Assembly: GCA_016794805.1 (NCBI GenBank)
Contig: JAEUJI010000182.1
Span: forward strand, 8,941-72,940
DNA length: 64,000 bases
Direction of reading: 5' to 3'
DNA from: Gemmatimonadota bacterium
GTDB lineage: Bacteria > Gemmatimonadota > Gemmatimonadetes > Gemmatimonadales > GWC2-71-9
The position numbers were made by a program, and so were the translations under genes. This document shows positions 61,875 to 64,000 of this stretch, piece by piece (position 1 is the stretch's first letter; every line of letters begins with the position of its first letter). The notes below the pieces were generated by a model. It worked only from the letters and a program-made list of their open reading frames with translations. It was not told the origin of the DNA and did not search any database.

Positions 61875-64000
61875 CTATCGCGCCACCTCTCCCTGAGCGG
61901 TGGCGGGCGCGGCCAGCAGGTCGCCGGCCGCGGCGACGAGGTCACGGGGAAGAAAGGGTCTGGGCAGGGTTGTCAGCCCGCGCCCCCGGCAGCGGGCCGC
62001 GTAGTCGGGATCCGCCGTGGCCACCAGGACCCGGCGGCCCTCGAGCAGGACCTCCTCCTCCGCCAGACGCCGGGCACCGTCCGCGGAGAGGGCACCATCC
62101 AGCAGCACGACGCTCCAGCTCCCCTCCGCCAGCCGGGTGGCCCCCTCCGTCCCGTTCCTCGCCACCTCGACCACGTAGCCCGCTGGCTCGAAGAGGGCCC
62201 GGACCACCAGCTCCGCCGCCGGATCGCCATCCACCAGCAGCAGCGCCCGCTCGGTGGGGGGAGGCTCGCGGCGGGTCACCGGCGTCCCTTCCGCGGCCAG
62301 CGGGAGGCTGAACCAGAACTCCGGCCCGGACTGCCCTGGCGGCGGCGGCCGGTACTGCAGTCGCCCCTCATGGCTCTCGATGATCCGGTAGCTCAGCGAC
62401 AGCCCGAGTCCGGTGCCTTCGCCCGGATCCTTGGTGGTGAAGAACGGGGTGAAGAGCTGCGACGTGAGCGCCTCCGGCACCCCCGGGCCGCTGTCCCGCA
62501 CGGCCACCAGGGCGCGGCCGGCGGCCTGCTCGGTCCGGATGGTGATCTCCCGCGGCGTTCCCTCCGGCAGTCCCCGCACCGCCTGCCCCGCGTTGGTCAC
62601 CAGGTTGAGCAGGACCTGTTGCAGCTCATCGGCATTGCCCCGCACCGGCAGCGGGGCGGGGGCGCGCTCTTCGCGGAGATGAATGCCGCGGACCCGCAGC
62701 TCGTAGCCGACGAGCAGCGCGGTGCGCTGCACCAGGTCGTTGAGGTCCACCACTTCCTCGCCGGGTGAGCCACGGCGGGCGAAGGTGAGGAGGTTCCGCA
62801 CGATCCGGCCGGCGCGCTCCGCCTGGGTATGGATGACCTCGAGATGCTCCCGCTCCGCCCGGGGGATGCCGGGCCGCTCCTGCAGGAATTCGGCCAGCCC
62901 GGCGATGGAGGTCAGGGGGTTGTTCAGTTCGTGCGCCACGCCGGAGACCACCTGCCCCACGGCCGCCAGCTTCTCGCTCTGGATCAGCTGGGCCTCGAGG
63001 GCGCGCTGCTCGGTGACGTCTTCCACCAGGACCACCAGGGCAGCCCGTTCCTCCGGCTCCGCCAGCGGGGCCGCGGTGAGCCGCAGGGTGCGGTTCACCA
63101 CCGGGCTCTGGAACTGCATCGGCGGGACCCGTTCGCCCCGCCGCGCGCCGCCCAGCAGCGCCACCTCGCCCGGAAGGTCCCCGGCTACCGCGGTCCAGAA
63201 CGGCTGGCCCAGCAGGGTCGCGGCCGGGACCTCCAGCAGCCGGGCCAGCGCGTCGTTGGCCCGGGCGATCCGGCCGCCGCCGTCCAGCACCGCGATGCCC
63301 TCGGTGAGCGCGTTGAACGCGGTTTCCCACTCCTCCTTGGCCCGCCGTACCATCTCGAACAAGCGGCTGTTGGCGAGCACCACCGCCACGTGGGTCGCGA
63401 CGGTGGAGACCAGCCAGAGATCCTCCGGGCTGAAGGCGCCCTGCCGCCGGTCGGCGACCGCGAGCACCCCCATGGTGAGCCCGTGGGCCCGGAGGGGCGC
63501 CGCCAGGCCGGTGATCACCTGGTGGCCCGGGAGCAGAAAGACCGGCTGGGTCGCGGTGCCGTTCGTGACCTCGATCCGCTCGGTCACCACCGCCTGGACC
63601 ACGAGGCTCGGCGTCTCGTCCGTCACCCGCCTGCCGTTCCACGGTGCGAGCGAACCCTCCGCCGCCGCCACCTGGAGCGATCCGTCCGCTTCGTCGGTGA
63701 GCAGCACCGCCGCCCCCTCGGCGTTCAGGAAGCGGAGGGCGTACCGGGTGACCTGCCCCGCGATGCGCTCGCTCTGCAGCGACTCGGCCAGGACGTAGCT
63801 CAGCTCCTGCAGGGAAAAGATCTCGTTGATGCGCCGGTCCACCTGCCGCGCCAGCGAGCGGCGCTCCTCATCCAGCGAGCGCAGCCGGTGCCGCGCCTGC
63901 ACCAGGTGGCCGCCGACGGTGAGCAGGCAGGCGGCCGCCCCGAACGCGGCTGCCCAGGCTCCCCCCCCGCGGACCAGCACCGCGAGCAGGATCGCCAGCG
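61875..64000 (-). CDS. sensor histidine kinase (GAF-PAS-HisKA-HATPase) with C-terminal receiver-like domain; 5' end may lie beyond the window
   Basis: H-box AHELNNPLTSI, N-box LLNLVTNAGQA, G-boxes DSGPGV and GTGLGLS. C-terminal LLLVDGD...VVLLDGAL...LPRPF is receiver-like with Lys replaced by Arg. The frame stays open and hydrophobic (LAILLAVLV) up to position 64000. Confidence 0.88.
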   Translation of the reverse strand, partial: LAILLAVLVRGGGAWAAAFGAAACLLTVGGHLVQARHRLRSLDEERRSLARQVDRRINEIFSLQELSYVLAESLQSERIAGQVTRYALRFLNAEGAAVLLTDEADGSLQVAAAEGSLAPWNGRRVTDETPSLVVQAVVTERIEVTNGTATQPVFLLPGHQVITGLAAPLRAHGLTMGVLAVADRRQGAFSPEDLWLVSTVATHVAVVLANSRLFEMVRRAKEEWETAFNALTEGIAVLDGGGRIARANDALARLLEVPAATLLGQPFWTAVAGDLPGEVALLGGARRGERVPPMQFQSPVVNRTLRLTAAPLAEPEERAALVVLVEDVTEQRALEAQLIQSEKLAAVGQVVSGVAHELNNPLTSIAGLAEFLQERPGIPRAEREHLEVIHTQAERAGRIVRNLLTFARRGSPGEEVVDLNDLVQRTALLVGYELRVRGIHLREERAPAPLPVRGNADELQQVLLNLVTNAGQAVRGLPEGTPREITIRTEQAAGRALVAVRDSGPGVPEALTSQLFTPFFTTKDPGEGTGLGLSLSYRIIESHEGRLQYRPPPPGQSGPEFWFSLPLAAEGTPVTRREPPPTERALLLVDGDPAAELVVRALFEPAGYVVEVARNGTEGATRLAEGSWSVVLLDGALSADGARRLAEEEVLLEGRRVLVATADPDYAARCRGRGLTTLPRPFLPRDLVAAAGDLLAAPATAQGEVAR

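Overview
This is a visibly GC-rich, gene-dense bacterial chromosomal segment; G/C dominates third codon positions, and exact GC was not computed. I support about 55 protein-coding genes. By eye I found no rRNA, tRNA, CRISPR array, transposase or integrase.

Most long ORFs in the six-frame track are antisense or alternate-frame shadows of real genes, as expected at this GC content. Several track ORFs also carry spurious N-terminal extensions, which I trimmed.

Housekeeping content:
- gpmI (partial), guaB, purD, glmM-like and glmS, dtd, maf, trpE, mutM.
- A hisC-hisB-hisH-[Nudix]-hisF block.
- An nfu/mrp Fe-S carrier pair.
- A ubiE-ubiD-ubiA-ubiX quinone module.
- Three amino-acid transporter genes around guaB.

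The window is unusually rich in signalling genes:
- Two Ser/Thr kinases.
- An FHA-GAF-adenylate cyclase.
- A sigma-54 enhancer-binding protein.
- Two ECF sigma factors.
- Two tandem REC-HD-GYP paralogs.
- A hybrid histidine kinase.
- A GspE/PilB secretion ATPase fused to a receiver domain.

Items most worth a second look:
1. A family of 8-nt tandem repeat arrays sitting directly on gene 3' ends at five loci, plus an identical 21-nt GC hairpin at two loci.
2. An EBP / TolB-propeller kinase / orphan ECF sigma neighbourhood with a sigma-54-like promoter candidate in front of the ECF gene.
3. An orphan GspE/PilB-receiver fusion placed 9 nt upstream of the his genes.
4. A Nudix hydrolase occupying the hisA slot.
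5. A UvrC N-terminal-half (Cho-like) nuclease gene overlapping a large secreted GWxTD-like protein gene.
6. An anti-sigma factor with an internally duplicated HxxxCxxC domain, followed by a bactofilin-like polytopic membrane protein.

All functional calls rest on motif recognition in the translations. No database search was run.
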